Source: Bacteroidaceae bacterium (GTDB taxonomy: Bacteria; Bacteroidota; Bacteroidia; Bacteroidales; Barnesiellaceae_A). Taken from it: a stretch of DNA of 64,000 nucleotides. The notes under the pieces were generated by a model. The model made no database searches. It was not told where the DNA came from and worked only from the letters and a program-made list of their open reading frames with translations. Positions 38,640 to 48,311 of the stretch are shown here, piece by piece. The stretch covers positions 11,730 through 75,729 of the forward strand of contig JAFXJY010000045.1 of NCBI GenBank assembly GCA_017531985.1. Direction: 5' to 3'. The translations under genes and the position numbers were made by a program. How positions within the stretch are numbered: the stretch's first letter is position 1; each line of letters opens with the position of its first letter.

Positions 38640-40475
38640 ATGAAGAAAAATCTACTAACTTTATTTGTACTATTGTTATGTGTTATTGCATCTCAGGGAC
38701 AATTATTGGAAATAAGTGATCTGAGTGAGTTGCAAAACCACATAGGAGAGGAGGTTGTGTTGTTGAACGCCGAAGTGCATGCTGTGGATGAGGGTTTTTA
38801 TAAAGACTATATGCTATCGGATAATGTAACCTTTGTCGAAGGGTTTATTTATTGTGGTGTATTTGACTTTCAAGGAGTTTATACCGATGGCGTATTCAGT
38901 GTCAATAAAGTTGTGCAAGTACATGGCTTCAATACAATCAGCGAGTTGGATAATTATGTGCGAGATTATAGTACCGATACTGAGGAAGTCGTATTTAGCG
39001 TGCTAAATCCCATGATAGTAACCCATGTTGAAGGCGGAAATGTGTTTGTGCAATATGAAGGTGTCAATGACTATGGAGTGACTATGATGCGTAGTAATAT
39101 GCTTACAGGCATAGATATAGATGTGAAATTGGGCGATAAAATTACAGGTGTAAGAGGCGTTTCGCATCCTTGTGATTATTATCAAGATGAGAAATCCCAA
39201 TATCATGTCAATAGAGGATGCTACTTTGTGTTGTCGGATGATGCCGAACTCTCGGTTGTAAGTAGTAGAAATGAGGTAGATTATGGAAGTAATTCGGTCG
39301 ATTTACCATCGTTGCAATTTAGTGCATATCATTATAACAGTAGTGCTGTTTCATTGTCATCCGGTGGAAATGTTATAGCCGAAAAGGGACGTTTCTATTA
39401 TGAAGTGGAGCAATATGAAACAGTAGAAAATCCTATGACCGGTCGCTATGAAGAAAGGCTTGTCTATTACTCTCTCGAATTGAAATCGAATGTAGTCGAT
39501 TTGACATCTTATGTTGATACTGAAATGAAAGACCTCTTTGTCGGGGTGTATAATTATAAGAATACCACTGAGAATGACGACTGTTTCTATGTCGATGGAG
39601 TGCAGAGTACCAATAGAGGTTTTGAAAGTATATCTGAGTTGATAGCAAGAGGTAGTGCCAGCGATAAAATAGGGGTGCTGGAAAATCCTGCTGTTGTCTC
39701 TTATATTTTCCTACCCGATTGGCGAAACACCGTAGCCCTTGTTGTGCAAGATGCAACAGGTGGTATTTTTGTGCAGTTTGAGGATGAAAGTATGATAGAA
39801 GGTATAAATATAGGTGACTCTATTACATCAATCAGAGGTGTTGCCAGTTGGGGTATATATGCATCTCCATGTATTCAAGTGGGCAAGGGTTCTCCTGTGA
39901 CTGTTGTCAGTGTGGATAATGATGTGTTGCCTTGGAAAGTTTCATTGTCGGAACTTTGTGAGGAATATAGAGTATCAACAACTACGTTCAAAGCACCTAC
40001 TAATTGGGTAAACCGATTGGTGGAGTTGAACAATGTGTTGTATAGTACCGGTGTCGATGAGTATGGCGATGAACGTCCTTGCTTGGTAGATGGCGAAGAT
40101 GTATTGTGGCTTGAAAAGGATTTTGGTACGCGATACAACATGGAAGTAGGGTCGTATTACGATGTGTGTGGTATAGTGGATTATTGTCGATTAAATCGAG
40201 AATATCTCTACACAATTATTCCTCGCACCGTAGCCGATGTGTGGCCGGCCGGTGTGGATGGAATAGAGGTAGAGAATAAGGCTATATACATTAATGCAGA
40301 GCAACAAATTGTTGCTAGTGGAGCTGCTTCGATGGTAATATACGACATCAATGGACGTGCTGTGGTAAACGTTAAGGATGAGGTGACCGATTTAGTTGCT
40401 TTATCGCATGGTGTGTATGTTGTGCAAGCAACCTATCCCGATGGAACAGTGAGTGTGGCTAAGATTGTAAGATAA
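38640..40475 (+). CDS. secreted protein with duplicated OB-fold-like modules and T9SS C-terminal domain, function unknown
   Basis: 611 aa with a signal peptide. Internal duplication: FNTISELDNY...GGNVFVQYEG...KLGDKITGVRGV versus FESISELIARG...TGGIFVQFED...NIGDSITSIRGV. C-terminal tail GVYVVQATYPDGTVSVAKIVR. Confidence 0.7.
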   Translation: MKKNLLTLFVLLLCVIASQGQLLEISDLSELQNHIGEEVVLLNAEVHAVDEGFYKDYMLSDNVTFVEGFIYCGVFDFQGVYTDGVFSVNKVVQVHGFNTISELDNYVRDYSTDTEEVVFSVLNPMIVTHVEGGNVFVQYEGVNDYGVTMMRSNMLTGIDIDVKLGDKITGVRGVSHPCDYYQDEKSQYHVNRGCYFVLSDDAELSVVSSRNEVDYGSNSVDLPSLQFSAYHYNSSAVSLSSGGNVIAEKGRFYYEVEQYETVENPMTGRYEERLVYYSLELKSNVVDLTSYVDTEMKDLFVGVYNYKNTTENDDCFYVDGVQSTNRGFESISELIARGSASDKIGVLENPAVVSYIFLPDWRNTVALVVQDATGGIFVQFEDESMIEGINIGDSITSIRGVASWGIYASPCIQVGKGSPVTVVSVDNDVLPWKVSLSELCEEYRVSTTTFKAPTNWVNRLVELNNVLYSTGVDEYGDERPCLVDGEDVLWLEKDFGTRYNMEVGSYYDVCGIVDYCRLNREYLYTIIPRTVADVWPAGVDGIEVENKAIYINAEQQIVASGAASMVIYDINGRAVVNVKDEVTDLVALSHGVYVVQATYPDGTVSVAKIVR

Positions 40476-40497
40476 ATAATAAAGAAAATAAGATATT

Positions 40498-42945
40498 ATG
40501 AAAAATTTAATGATTGTATGTGCATTATTAGTGTCGGCAATATCTATGCAAGCCGTACCTTTTGCAGGGTTATGGAAACCAGAGCCTTTTGTAAATAAGA
40601 CTACTGAGGTTAAGCCTGTAAAGTCAAAGGCCGTCGTAGAGCCGGTGGTTGTTATTGAAGAAGATTTTTCGTTGTTTACAGCTGGAACAGAGGATTTGCC
40701 CGATGCAGCGAGTATTACAACGAACAACTATTTTGTAAAGAACGAGTACACACACGAGCCTAATTGGATTGGGTATAATGTGCATCAAGCCGGTGGTGCG
40801 TGTGCTTTGCTTAAATATACTCATGAACTCTATGGACAGGGTTATGGACACATCAGTACTCCTGAACGGGAACTATACGGCGAAGTTACTGTGACGTTCC
40901 GTGCTCGTCGTGTTAAGACCAATCCTACACGAGGTAAATTGTGGTTGGCGTTGTGTGATAACACTTTTGGAGTGCTTGAAAGTACTACATTCGAGCTGAC
41001 TACGCAATGGCAGGAGTTTTCTTGGACTACGAATGAAGCTACTTTCAACGACAAGAACATCATGCAATTCACACCCCAAGAGGGTGAGATTCTCATTGAT
41101 GATATAAAGTTGGTGAGAACCCGCAATATTATACCTCCTACGATTGCCAATAATCCTATTAACAATTCTCCTACCGAATTTGTGGCCAGTTGGGAGCGAA
41201 CAACTAATCAAAGTGCCGATGGCTATTTATTTAATGTCTATTACTTGGATATGCCGTCCGAAATAGTACCTTCCGGTACGATTGCCACCGACTTTGAAAG
41301 CATCAATGTGAATGCCGATGGTAAGACTATCAATGTCGACAATCCCGGTTATCCCGAAGGTTGGTACATCAATGTGTCGCAACATGGAAGTCAGGATGTG
41401 TGGACAGAAGAAGGTGAATACAATTCAGGAAAGCAGGGATTGAAGTTGGATGCAGCAGGTGATACAATATTATCACCGGTAGCACCGGCTCCTATAAATC
41501 GTATCTCCTTCTGGATAAAGCCCAGTACTATGACTCAGGAGTCTTATAATTTTTCGCTGGTGGGAGTAGCTGTGAGAGAGGAAAATGGCGAGTGGGAGCA
41601 AATAGCCAACATACCCAACTATTGGATGCAACGCAATGGCGGATACTATGTGATAGAAGGAGATGCAGTGGGTAAATATACGACACAGGTGCGTATAACA
41701 TGTGAGAGTTCCTTCGGTGTAACCTTTGCAATCGATGACATTGAACTTGATTATGAAACCAAACCATTGCCACAGCCTCTTCTTACTGATGTGTTTGTGG
41801 CCGATACTTTCCGTGTCGTTTCTGATATTGACCCTACTAAGGATCATTACTATTATGTATATGTGAAGGAGGGTGATATGGTGTCAAAACCCTCATCGCA
41901 TGTGTGGGTGGATGGTCTGACGGGTGTGACCCCTGTTGCACTCCCCGCTACCGATATTACTGAAACCGGTTTTACTGCCAATTGGGAAACTATATATACC
42001 GCCGATTATTATTATCTGGATGTAGAACAGGAGTATCTGACTCGAAGAGATAATGAAGAGGTGTTGTTGACTTATGAAGATTTCTCTTGTTTTACCGATG
42101 GAACCATATCATCGCCTAACAGACCATGGGAAAACATTCACTATCTTGTTGATAATAATGAATCAGATCAAGATTGGTTGATGACACAACCGCAGTGGGC
42201 AGAGGGCTTGATTGGTACAATGGGTACATCGGCCGGTGGAGTTGCTGGTCTTGTCATGTCGCCCAAGATGATTTTAGGTTCTGATCCTATTAAGGTCGAC
42301 TTCACAGCTTATAATACTCAATTAGGTGATGTGCTGTGGGTAATGGTCATGGAGGATTATGGTTCGACATCGGCCAAGGCAGCCTATTCTTTCGATTTCA
42401 GTGCGACAAAGCGTGAATATGTAACCGGAACGATTGTATTTGAGGGTTATGAATTTGGCGATACCCCATATCGTATTGCTTTCATGACCGAGAAGGGTTA
42501 TGGATTCTTTATTGATGAAGTAAAGGTGTCAACGATTAAGCCTCATGCCAATACATTGGTCAGAAGACCATATAAAGTGTTGTTGCCTACCGAGAATTTT
42601 TATGCTTTTACCAACTTGTCGAAAGATGTGTGGATCTATAATTATAACGTTGTAGCCCGAGGTTCTCGCGACTTTGTCGATTTCTATTCTAATGTGTCGG
42701 AAACTATTCACGTTGAGATGCCTACGGCTGTCAACATGGTGGAGGATGATAATGTGATGATGTATGCTGATGGCAACGCATTGCATGTGGTGTCGTCGAT
42801 TACCACTGATGTAGAGATATACAATCTGCAAGGTGTGCTTATAGGTAAGAAGCGGGCTGTTGTTGGTGATAATATATATCCGATGTCAACAGGTGTGTAT
42901 ATTGTGAATGTTGCAGGTAAGGTGGGTAAGATTGTGGTGCAATAG
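40498..42945 (+). CDS. secreted protein with three galactose-binding/choice-of-anchor-J-like modules, FN3-like linkers and a T9SS C-terminal domain
   Basis: 815 aa with a signal peptide. The three modules start EEDFSLFTAG, TDFESINVNA and YEDFSCFTDG, and each ends in IDD(I/V).L or IDEVKV. C-terminal tail GVYIVNVAGKVGKIVVQ. Confidence 0.7.
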   Translation: MKNLMIVCALLVSAISMQAVPFAGLWKPEPFVNKTTEVKPVKSKAVVEPVVVIEEDFSLFTAGTEDLPDAASITTNNYFVKNEYTHEPNWIGYNVHQAGGACALLKYTHELYGQGYGHISTPERELYGEVTVTFRARRVKTNPTRGKLWLALCDNTFGVLESTTFELTTQWQEFSWTTNEATFNDKNIMQFTPQEGEILIDDIKLVRTRNIIPPTIANNPINNSPTEFVASWERTTNQSADGYLFNVYYLDMPSEIVPSGTIATDFESINVNADGKTINVDNPGYPEGWYINVSQHGSQDVWTEEGEYNSGKQGLKLDAAGDTILSPVAPAPINRISFWIKPSTMTQESYNFSLVGVAVREENGEWEQIANIPNYWMQRNGGYYVIEGDAVGKYTTQVRITCESSFGVTFAIDDIELDYETKPLPQPLLTDVFVADTFRVVSDIDPTKDHYYYVYVKEGDMVSKPSSHVWVDGLTGVTPVALPATDITETGFTANWETIYTADYYYLDVEQEYLTRRDNEEVLLTYEDFSCFTDGTISSPNRPWENIHYLVDNNESDQDWLMTQPQWAEGLIGTMGTSAGGVAGLVMSPKMILGSDPIKVDFTAYNTQLGDVLWVMVMEDYGSTSAKAAYSFDFSATKREYVTGTIVFEGYEFGDTPYRIAFMTEKGYGFFIDEVKVSTIKPHANTLVRRPYKVLLPTENFYAFTNLSKDVWIYNYNVVARGSRDFVDFYSNVSETIHVEMPTAVNMVEDDNVMMYADGNALHVVSSITTDVEIYNLQGVLIGKKRAVVGDNIYPMSTGVYIVNVAGKVGKIVVQ

Positions 42946-42990
42946 TTTCGGAATAAGAAATTGTTACAGCTCTGAATAGAGCATGATATA

Positions 42991-43037
42991 ATAGCCTTGT
43001 ACGGAAAGAACCTTATGGTTCACACGTACAAGGCTAT
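42991..43037. terminator. terminator-like hairpin between convergent genes
   Basis: ATAGCCTTGTACG (42991-43003) pairs with CGTACAAGGCTAT (43025-43037). The loop contains an inner GAACC/GGTTC pairing. Confidence 0.55.
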
Positions 43038-43079
43038 TCTGTTGGGTCGCTGGCGGTGTATTGCGTGGTGATTATAATA

Positions 43080-43478
43080 TCAGGGTATTTCGGTGTGTTG
43101 AGTCGGAATGCTACTATTTGTGGCCGTAGGTGTTGTGATAAAGTAGTAGTACAATCGTCCGTTGTTGTACTGTAAGCGACCAATCTCATGCATGATAATC
43201 CGTTCGGTCGAGAGGTTGTGAAGATCGCGGAATTTAGATAGAAGACTTTTGTATAGTGCGTGACTGTGGATAATGATGCAATGACAGGCTTGTTCGCCAT
43301 TGTTGATACTTAGCTCAATAATGGAATCTTGTAGGCTGTTGTGGGAATCGGTCGAGGAGAGTAGATATTCGACAGTCTGTGAGTGTAGGGTATTATTATT
43401 GACGTAATTCTTTAATGATAACCCAGTGCATAGTATTATCATGAAAATGGTAACGGCGATGGTATTTACTCGGTTCAT
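43080..43478 (-). CDS. small membrane-anchored protein, function unknown
   Basis: The ORF track begins at 43580, but that extension crosses the ald terminator. I place the start at ATG 43478 (MNRVNTIAVTIFMIILCTGLSL), giving 132 aa. Confidence 0.45.
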   Translation of the reverse strand: MNRVNTIAVTIFMIILCTGLSLKNYVNNNTLHSQTVEYLLSSTDSHNSLQDSIIELSINNGEQACHCIIIHSHALYKSLLSKFRDLHNLSTERIIMHEIGRLQYNNGRLYYYFITTPTATNSSIPTQHTEIP

Positions 43479-43547
43479 AGTATGAGTCCTTATTTTACCG
43501 AGTAAAACAACTGACAGAGGATTTCGGTTATCAATAAAACACAAAAG

Positions 43548-43575
43548 AAGACTGTCCCTCGCGAGGGACAGTCTT
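43548..43575 (-). terminator. intrinsic terminator of ald
   Basis: GACTGTCCCTCG/CGAGGGACAGTC palindrome at 43550-43573. On the minus strand it is followed by TTCTTTTGT. Confidence 0.75.
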
Positions 43576-43599
43576 TCCATGAATTATTTAATAGTATTA

Positions 43600-44703
43600 T
43601 TATAAAGCAGGATGGCATTCCATGCCGAATGCTTCGGCTACACCGGGGAATGTTACTTTACCATCAACAACGTTAAGACCCTTGGCAAGACCGGCATCGG
43701 CACGACATGCAGCCTCCCAGCCGAGGTCGGCGAGTTTCAGTGCATAGGGTAAGGTGGCATTGGTAAGAGCCAGCGTCGATGTGCAAGGAACTGCTCCGGG
43801 AATGTTGGCAACACAGTAGTGAACAACACCGTCTACCTCATAGATGGGTTCGGCATGGGTAGTGGGATGCGATGTCTCGAAACAACCTCCTTGATCGATA
43901 GCAACATCGACAAGTACATTGCCGGGACGCATCAATGAGAGCATGTCGCGGGTAATGAGGTGAGGAGCTTTGGCTCCCGGTATGAGTACAGCACCTACTA
44001 CGAGGTCGGTAGTGGGGAGTTCCTGTTCGATGTTATATCTTGAAGAGTAGAGTGTTTTAACGTTCTTAGGCATTGTCTCGGCGAGGTAACGCAAGCGAGG
44101 TAGAGAGATATCGCAGAGTGTCACATCGGCACCCAGTCCGGCAGCCATAAGAGCTGCATTAGTACCTACAATACCGCCGCCCAATACCAATACCTTGGCG
44201 GGTTTTACACCGGGGACGCCACCCATGAGTTTACCACAACCTCCTTGTGGTTTTTCCAAGAAACGAGCACCCTCTTGAGCCGCCATACGTCCGGCTACTT
44301 CGCTCATGGGTATGAGAAGAGGCAGGCTGCCATTGCGATCGACAACAGTTTCGTAGGCAAGGCAGGTAGCACCGCTGGCAAGCATTGCCTCGGTAAGCTC
44401 ACGGTCGCATGCAAAGTGGAAGTAGGTAAAGAGTAGTTGACCTTTACGCACAAGTGAATATTCGGGTTTGATGGGTTCTTTCACCTTGATAATCATCTCG
44501 GCTATGGCATAAACATCCTCGATGGTAGGCAAGATGGTAGCACCGGCAGCAGTATAACTCTCGTCGGGAAATCCGCTGTTAAGTCCGGCATTGTGTTGTA
44601 CATATACAGTGTGACCGTGTGCAACAAGTTCGCTTGCACCGGCAGGGGTCAAAGATACACGATTCTCGTTGTTCTTGATTTCTTTGGGTATACCGATTAT
44701 CAT
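43600..44703 (-). CDS. ald: alanine dehydrogenase
   Basis: 367 aa. N-terminus MIIGIPKEIKNNENRVSLTPAG. NAD-binding fold VLGGGIVGTNAA. Confidence 0.92.
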   Translation of the reverse strand: MIIGIPKEIKNNENRVSLTPAGASELVAHGHTVYVQHNAGLNSGFPDESYTAAGATILPTIEDVYAIAEMIIKVKEPIKPEYSLVRKGQLLFTYFHFACDRELTEAMLASGATCLAYETVVDRNGSLPLLIPMSEVAGRMAAQEGARFLEKPQGGCGKLMGGVPGVKPAKVLVLGGGIVGTNAALMAAGLGADVTLCDISLPRLRYLAETMPKNVKTLYSSRYNIEQELPTTDLVVGAVLIPGAKAPHLITRDMLSLMRPGNVLVDVAIDQGGCFETSHPTTHAEPIYEVDGVVHYCVANIPGAVPCTSTLALTNATLPYALKLADLGWEAACRADAGLAKGLNVVDGKVTFPGVAEAFGMECHPAL

Positions 44704-44979
44704 AGTAGTTAGTGATTAAGATTTTTATCGCCGCAAAGATATAAAAAATTAAATAAGAACCGGTGCGGAATGTGATAATTTTTTTCAAAAAAAGAGTTAT
44801 TATTTGATAATTGTCACAAAATTGCGATTGAGTACCTTTGTGATAAATGAATGTACTTGATAACCCAAGCATAATTAATCTGAATATATAAAGCTGTATT
44901 GTCGAATTTTCATATTATCATGTAGTACCTCCCCACATGCTGATAAAAGCAGAAATAGCGACAGTAAACAAGATATTGC

Positions 44980-45033
44980 CTAAAATAGCAGGAGGCTGAA
45001 TCTTGTTTTCGACTCAGCCTCCTGCTATTTTAG
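44980..45033 (-). terminator. long perfect hairpin downstream of the DUF2795 gene
   Basis: CTAAAATAGCAGGAGGCTGA (44980-44999) pairs with TCAGCCTCCTGCTATTTTAG (45014-45033). This is a perfect 20-bp stem with a 14-nt loop. Confidence 0.55.
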
Positions 45034-45066
45034 GGCTATAATTTAGCTCATTCGAGAATATCGAGT

Positions 45067-45288
45067 TTAATACTCCTCCTCGTTAAAGAAGAAATCTTCC
45101 TTGCTGGGATAGTCAGGCCATATATCTTCAATGCATTCATATGTTTCGCCTTCATCTTCCATCTCTTGGAGATTTTCAATTACTTCAAGTGGGGCACCTG
45201 AGCGTATGGCATAGTCGATAAGTTCTTCGCGTGTTGCAGGCCAAGGTGCGTCTTCGAGTTTCGAAGCTAATTCTAATGTCCAGTACAT
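45067..45288 (-). CDS. DUF2795-like small acidic protein
   Basis: 73 aa: MYWTLELASKLEDAPWPATREELIDYAIRSGAPLEVIENLQEMEDEG... Family call is from memory. Confidence 0.65.
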   Translation of the reverse strand: MYWTLELASKLEDAPWPATREELIDYAIRSGAPLEVIENLQEMEDEGETYECIEDIWPDYPSKEDFFFNEEEY

Positions 45289-45434
45289 TGTATTATTATT
45301 TTATTGGTTATTATTTCTCACTTTTTTTGAATGTGCAAAAGTAGTGTTTTTCGTCGCATTTAATGCATTATTCATGTAAAAATGCTGCATTAATTGTATG
45401 ATATTTGGTTAAATAGTGTAAATGAATATTGCGA

Positions 45435-46259
45435 TTATTTAAGCCAAGGTGCAATGCGGCGATGTGTTTCGTTTATAAGCCACTTCTGATATTTGTGATT
45501 GGTTATTTGTGAGGGAATGGATGAGTATTTGTTTTTATTGAAAATCATACCCGATACTTGGCTTGCTGATGCCGATAATGCACTGATGGCACCTTTCTCG
45601 GGGCTGCTGATAAAAGGACGGAAAAAGCGGTCGGCAATGGGATCAAACCATGCATCCATGTGTATCATACCGGTGTTGACTATGCCGGGGTCGGCTGCGT
45701 TGACGTGTATATTGCAGGGGGCAAGTTGTCGGGCAAGGTGTGCGGTGAGAATGGTGGTGGCAAGTTTTGACCGAGAATAGGCTTTGAAGCGTCCGTAGTT
45801 GCTTGCCGATAGGTCGAAGAACTTATTGTCGACTTTCCCTATATATCGTGTGAGTGATGTGGTGAAGGTGATATTGCCTCTCTCTTGCATCATGGGTAGT
45901 AACAAATGGGTGAGTAGGTAAGTGCCTATAAAGTTTACTCCCATAGTCATTTCGTAACCGTTGTCGGTTGTTGAATATTCCTTGCACATGATGCCGGCAT
46001 TGTTGATGAGTGCTTCAACGGAGATGCCTTCTTGCTGTATGCGGTGTGCAAAAGTTGCCACACTGTCCAATGATGCCAGATTTAGCTCCATAATGGTTAC
46101 AGTGCCTCTACACTCGTCGTTAAGTTGTTGGCATAAAGGGGTGTCCTTGGTAATGTTCCGACAGGCCATGATGACATTACGCCCCTCATTGGCGATGGCA
46201 CGAGTAATGGCACTGCCTATGCTGCCACCTGCTCCGGTAATGATGGTACACACACTCAT
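45435..46259 (-). CDS. SDR family oxidoreductase (candidate hydroxysteroid dehydrogenase)
   Basis: 274 aa. Cofactor motif ITGAGGSIGSAI. Catalytic YSRSK (YxxxK). Confidence 0.8.
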   Translation of the reverse strand: MSVCTIITGAGGSIGSAITRAIANEGRNVIMACRNITKDTPLCQQLNDECRGTVTIMELNLASLDSVATFAHRIQQEGISVEALINNAGIMCKEYSTTDNGYEMTMGVNFIGTYLLTHLLLPMMQERGNITFTTSLTRYIGKVDNKFFDLSASNYGRFKAYSRSKLATTILTAHLARQLAPCNIHVNAADPGIVNTGMIHMDAWFDPIADRFFRPFISSPEKGAISALSASASQVSGMIFNKNKYSSIPSQITNHKYQKWLINETHRRIAPWLK

Positions 46260-47056
46260 TTGTCTATAAATTTATGTTTGATCCACAATCGCAATGGTGG
46301 TGGTAGCAGCGTGACAAATACCAGACCTATGTGGTTGATGATACCGGGTGTAATCTGTTTGCGACGACCGAAGAGGGCTTTCAGTGCCTTGTTTACCAAT
46401 TTTTCGGGGGTGAGTAATACACCCAGGTTAACACCTAATTTCAGTAAATTGTCGGGCAATCCCAGTAGTCGTGTGGCTACACCTCCGGGGCATACGGTTG
46501 TGGCAACAACGTTGTGGTCGTGCAGTTCCCAGTATATTGAGCGAGTGAATACGCGAATATAGGCCTTACTTGCCGAATATAGGGCGATGCCGAAGTTGGG
46601 GATGTAGGCCGACAATGACGATATGTTGAGTATCCAGCCTCGTTTGCGAGTACACATGTCGGGCGAGAAATAGCGACACATTTGTGTCAGTGTGAGGATG
46701 TGTAGGTTGATAAGTGCCTCGATGCGTGCCGGCTCAGTATCGTTGACATTGCGAAACATAAACATACCTGCATTGTTGATGAGGATGTCTATCTCGTGTC
46801 CTTCGTTGCAGCACCAGTCGTATAGTTGCTTGGCTGCATCGGGTTGTGCAAGGTCCATGTATCGTGGTGTGACACTTACATGGTATTGTTCTTGTAGCTC
46901 TGTGGCTACGGTGTGAATGCACTCTTCGTTGCTTATAATTACCAAGGCACATCCTTTACCGGCTAACTGGCGAGCATATTCGAGACCCATTCCCGAACTG
47001 GCTCCCGTAATAAGGGCTTTGAGGTTGGTGAAATCGGGGTATTTGACAAAACACAT
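46256..47056 (-). CDS. SDR family oxidoreductase (candidate hydroxysteroid dehydrogenase)
   Basis: The ORF track begins at 47197 and overlaps the upstream gene; I place the start at ATG 47056 (MCFVKYPDFTNLKALITGASSGMG). Catalytic YSASK. ATGA overlap with the next SDR gene. Confidence 0.8.
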   Translation of the reverse strand: MCFVKYPDFTNLKALITGASSGMGLEYARQLAGKGCALVIISNEECIHTVATELQEQYHVSVTPRYMDLAQPDAAKQLYDWCCNEGHEIDILINNAGMFMFRNVNDTEPARIEALINLHILTLTQMCRYFSPDMCTRKRGWILNISSLSAYIPNFGIALYSASKAYIRVFTRSIYWELHDHNVVATTVCPGGVATRLLGLPDNLLKLGVNLGVLLTPEKLVNKALKALFGRRKQITPGIINHIGLVFVTLLPPPLRLWIKHKFIDK

Positions 47057-47061
47057 AGTTG

Positions 47062-48309
47062 TTATCCTTTTTTCTTGATTTCTTCTATTTCGCGTTCGAT
47101 GCAAGGGGGAAGTGAGCCATCGGGCATGTGCTGGTGGCACACCATGTCGAGTGAGTACATGCGGGCTATGCAGTAGTTGACATGGTCGCAGCCGCAACGT
47201 TCACGACCTTCATTTTTCATACGATTGACAAAGTCGGGTTCGTTGATAAGGGCTCTACCCATTTGTACAAATTGGAAATCGCTGTTGAGAACCTTCTCGA
47301 TGCCTTGGCGTGATACGCATCCTCCTACATAGATGAGTGGTAATGTGAGTGCGGCACGGAATTTCAGAGCATCTTCGAGGAAGTAGCACTCTTTGAAGGG
47401 TTCACTCTTAATCATATATTTTCCTACGGCCTTTACGCCATATTTTAGCCACCACGGGTGCATGTAATGGGTCATAGATTGTATGGGCATGGCACCTCGC
47501 ATCACTACCATCGGGGCTCGACTCACAAATCCGGCACTCAGTACGAGTGCATGGGCACCTAACTTTTCCAACTCTTGTGCAATGGTAATGGCCTCAGGTA
47601 TCTCTATTCCGCCCTTGAAACCATCGTACATATTGGTCTTTACCGTTACGGCTATATCGCTGCCCGCAGCTTCCATTACTTCGTTCATGCACATACGCAT
47701 GAAACGCATGCGATTGTCGAGCGTGCCGCCATATTCATCGTGGCGATGATTGGTGTAGGGTGAGAGGAATTGGCTGATAAGATAACCATGACCGGCATGA
47801 ATTTCCACTGCGTCAAATCCTGCTTCTCGTGCCATAATAACGGCTTTGCCATAGTCTTTGGCTATCGATATGATTTCCTTGCGGTTCATTCCACGCACGA
47901 TAGTGGGCGAATATAGGTTAAATCCGCTCGATGCTCCTATGGGAATTTGCCCGGCTGTCGATATGTGAGTCATGTTGCCACAGTGTCCCAGTTGTATTGA
48001 TGCTGCTGCTCCGTGTGAGTGTATCGAGTCGGTGATGCGACGTAGTTCGGGTACAACATCGGGACGCATCCACAATTGTGTCTTGAATGATAATCCGCTG
48101 CGGGATACTGATGCGTAAGCCAATGTAGTCATGCCTATACCTCCTGCTGCAACGCTCGTGTGGTAGTCGAAGAGGCGTTTTGAGGGGGAGTAATTCTCGG
48201 CCATACCCTCGAAGGCTGCCGAGCGTATGGTGCGATTACGCAAGGTGAGAGGACCTATTTGTGCCGGTGTAAACAGCACTGAGTCTTTGTATTGATTGTT
48301 TGTATCCAT
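47062..48309 (-). CDS. NADH:flavin oxidoreductase, Old Yellow Enzyme family (candidate enoate / 3-oxo-delta4-steroid reductase)
   Basis: 415 aa. Motifs LRNRTIRSAAFEGM, QLGHCG and GFDAVEIHAGHGYLISQFLSPYTNHRHDEYGG. C-terminal Cys cluster CGCDHVNYC...C. Confidence 0.8.
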   Translation of the reverse strand: MDTNNQYKDSVLFTPAQIGPLTLRNRTIRSAAFEGMAENYSPSKRLFDYHTSVAAGGIGMTTLAYASVSRSGLSFKTQLWMRPDVVPELRRITDSIHSHGAAASIQLGHCGNMTHISTAGQIPIGASSGFNLYSPTIVRGMNRKEIISIAKDYGKAVIMAREAGFDAVEIHAGHGYLISQFLSPYTNHRHDEYGGTLDNRMRFMRMCMNEVMEAAGSDIAVTVKTNMYDGFKGGIEIPEAITIAQELEKLGAHALVLSAGFVSRAPMVVMRGAMPIQSMTHYMHPWWLKYGVKAVGKYMIKSEPFKECYFLEDALKFRAALTLPLIYVGGCVSRQGIEKVLNSDFQFVQMGRALINEPDFVNRMKNEGRERCGCDHVNYCIARMYSLDMVCHQHMPDGSLPPCIEREIEEIKKKG

Positions 48310-48311
48310 AA

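Noticed and set aside
38194-43478. A genomic island integrated at tRNA-Pro
   Set aside because: No integrase or mobility gene is present. I saw no direct repeat of the tRNA 3' end downstream. Spot counts of GC in a few 60-nt lines (38-40 percent versus about 42 percent in uvrA) are not clearly different. I keep it only as a low-level note in the findings.
46256-47197. N-terminal extensions of several track ORFs: 46256..47197, 57215..57913, 54748..55356, 51306..51716, 43080..43580, 59726..60025, 34730..35017, 10153..11235 and 49178..50137
   Set aside because: The extensions overlap upstream genes or terminators and precede the conserved N-termini. An internal ATG gives the family-typical start. 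At least two track starts (50137 and 36294) are TTG shown as M.
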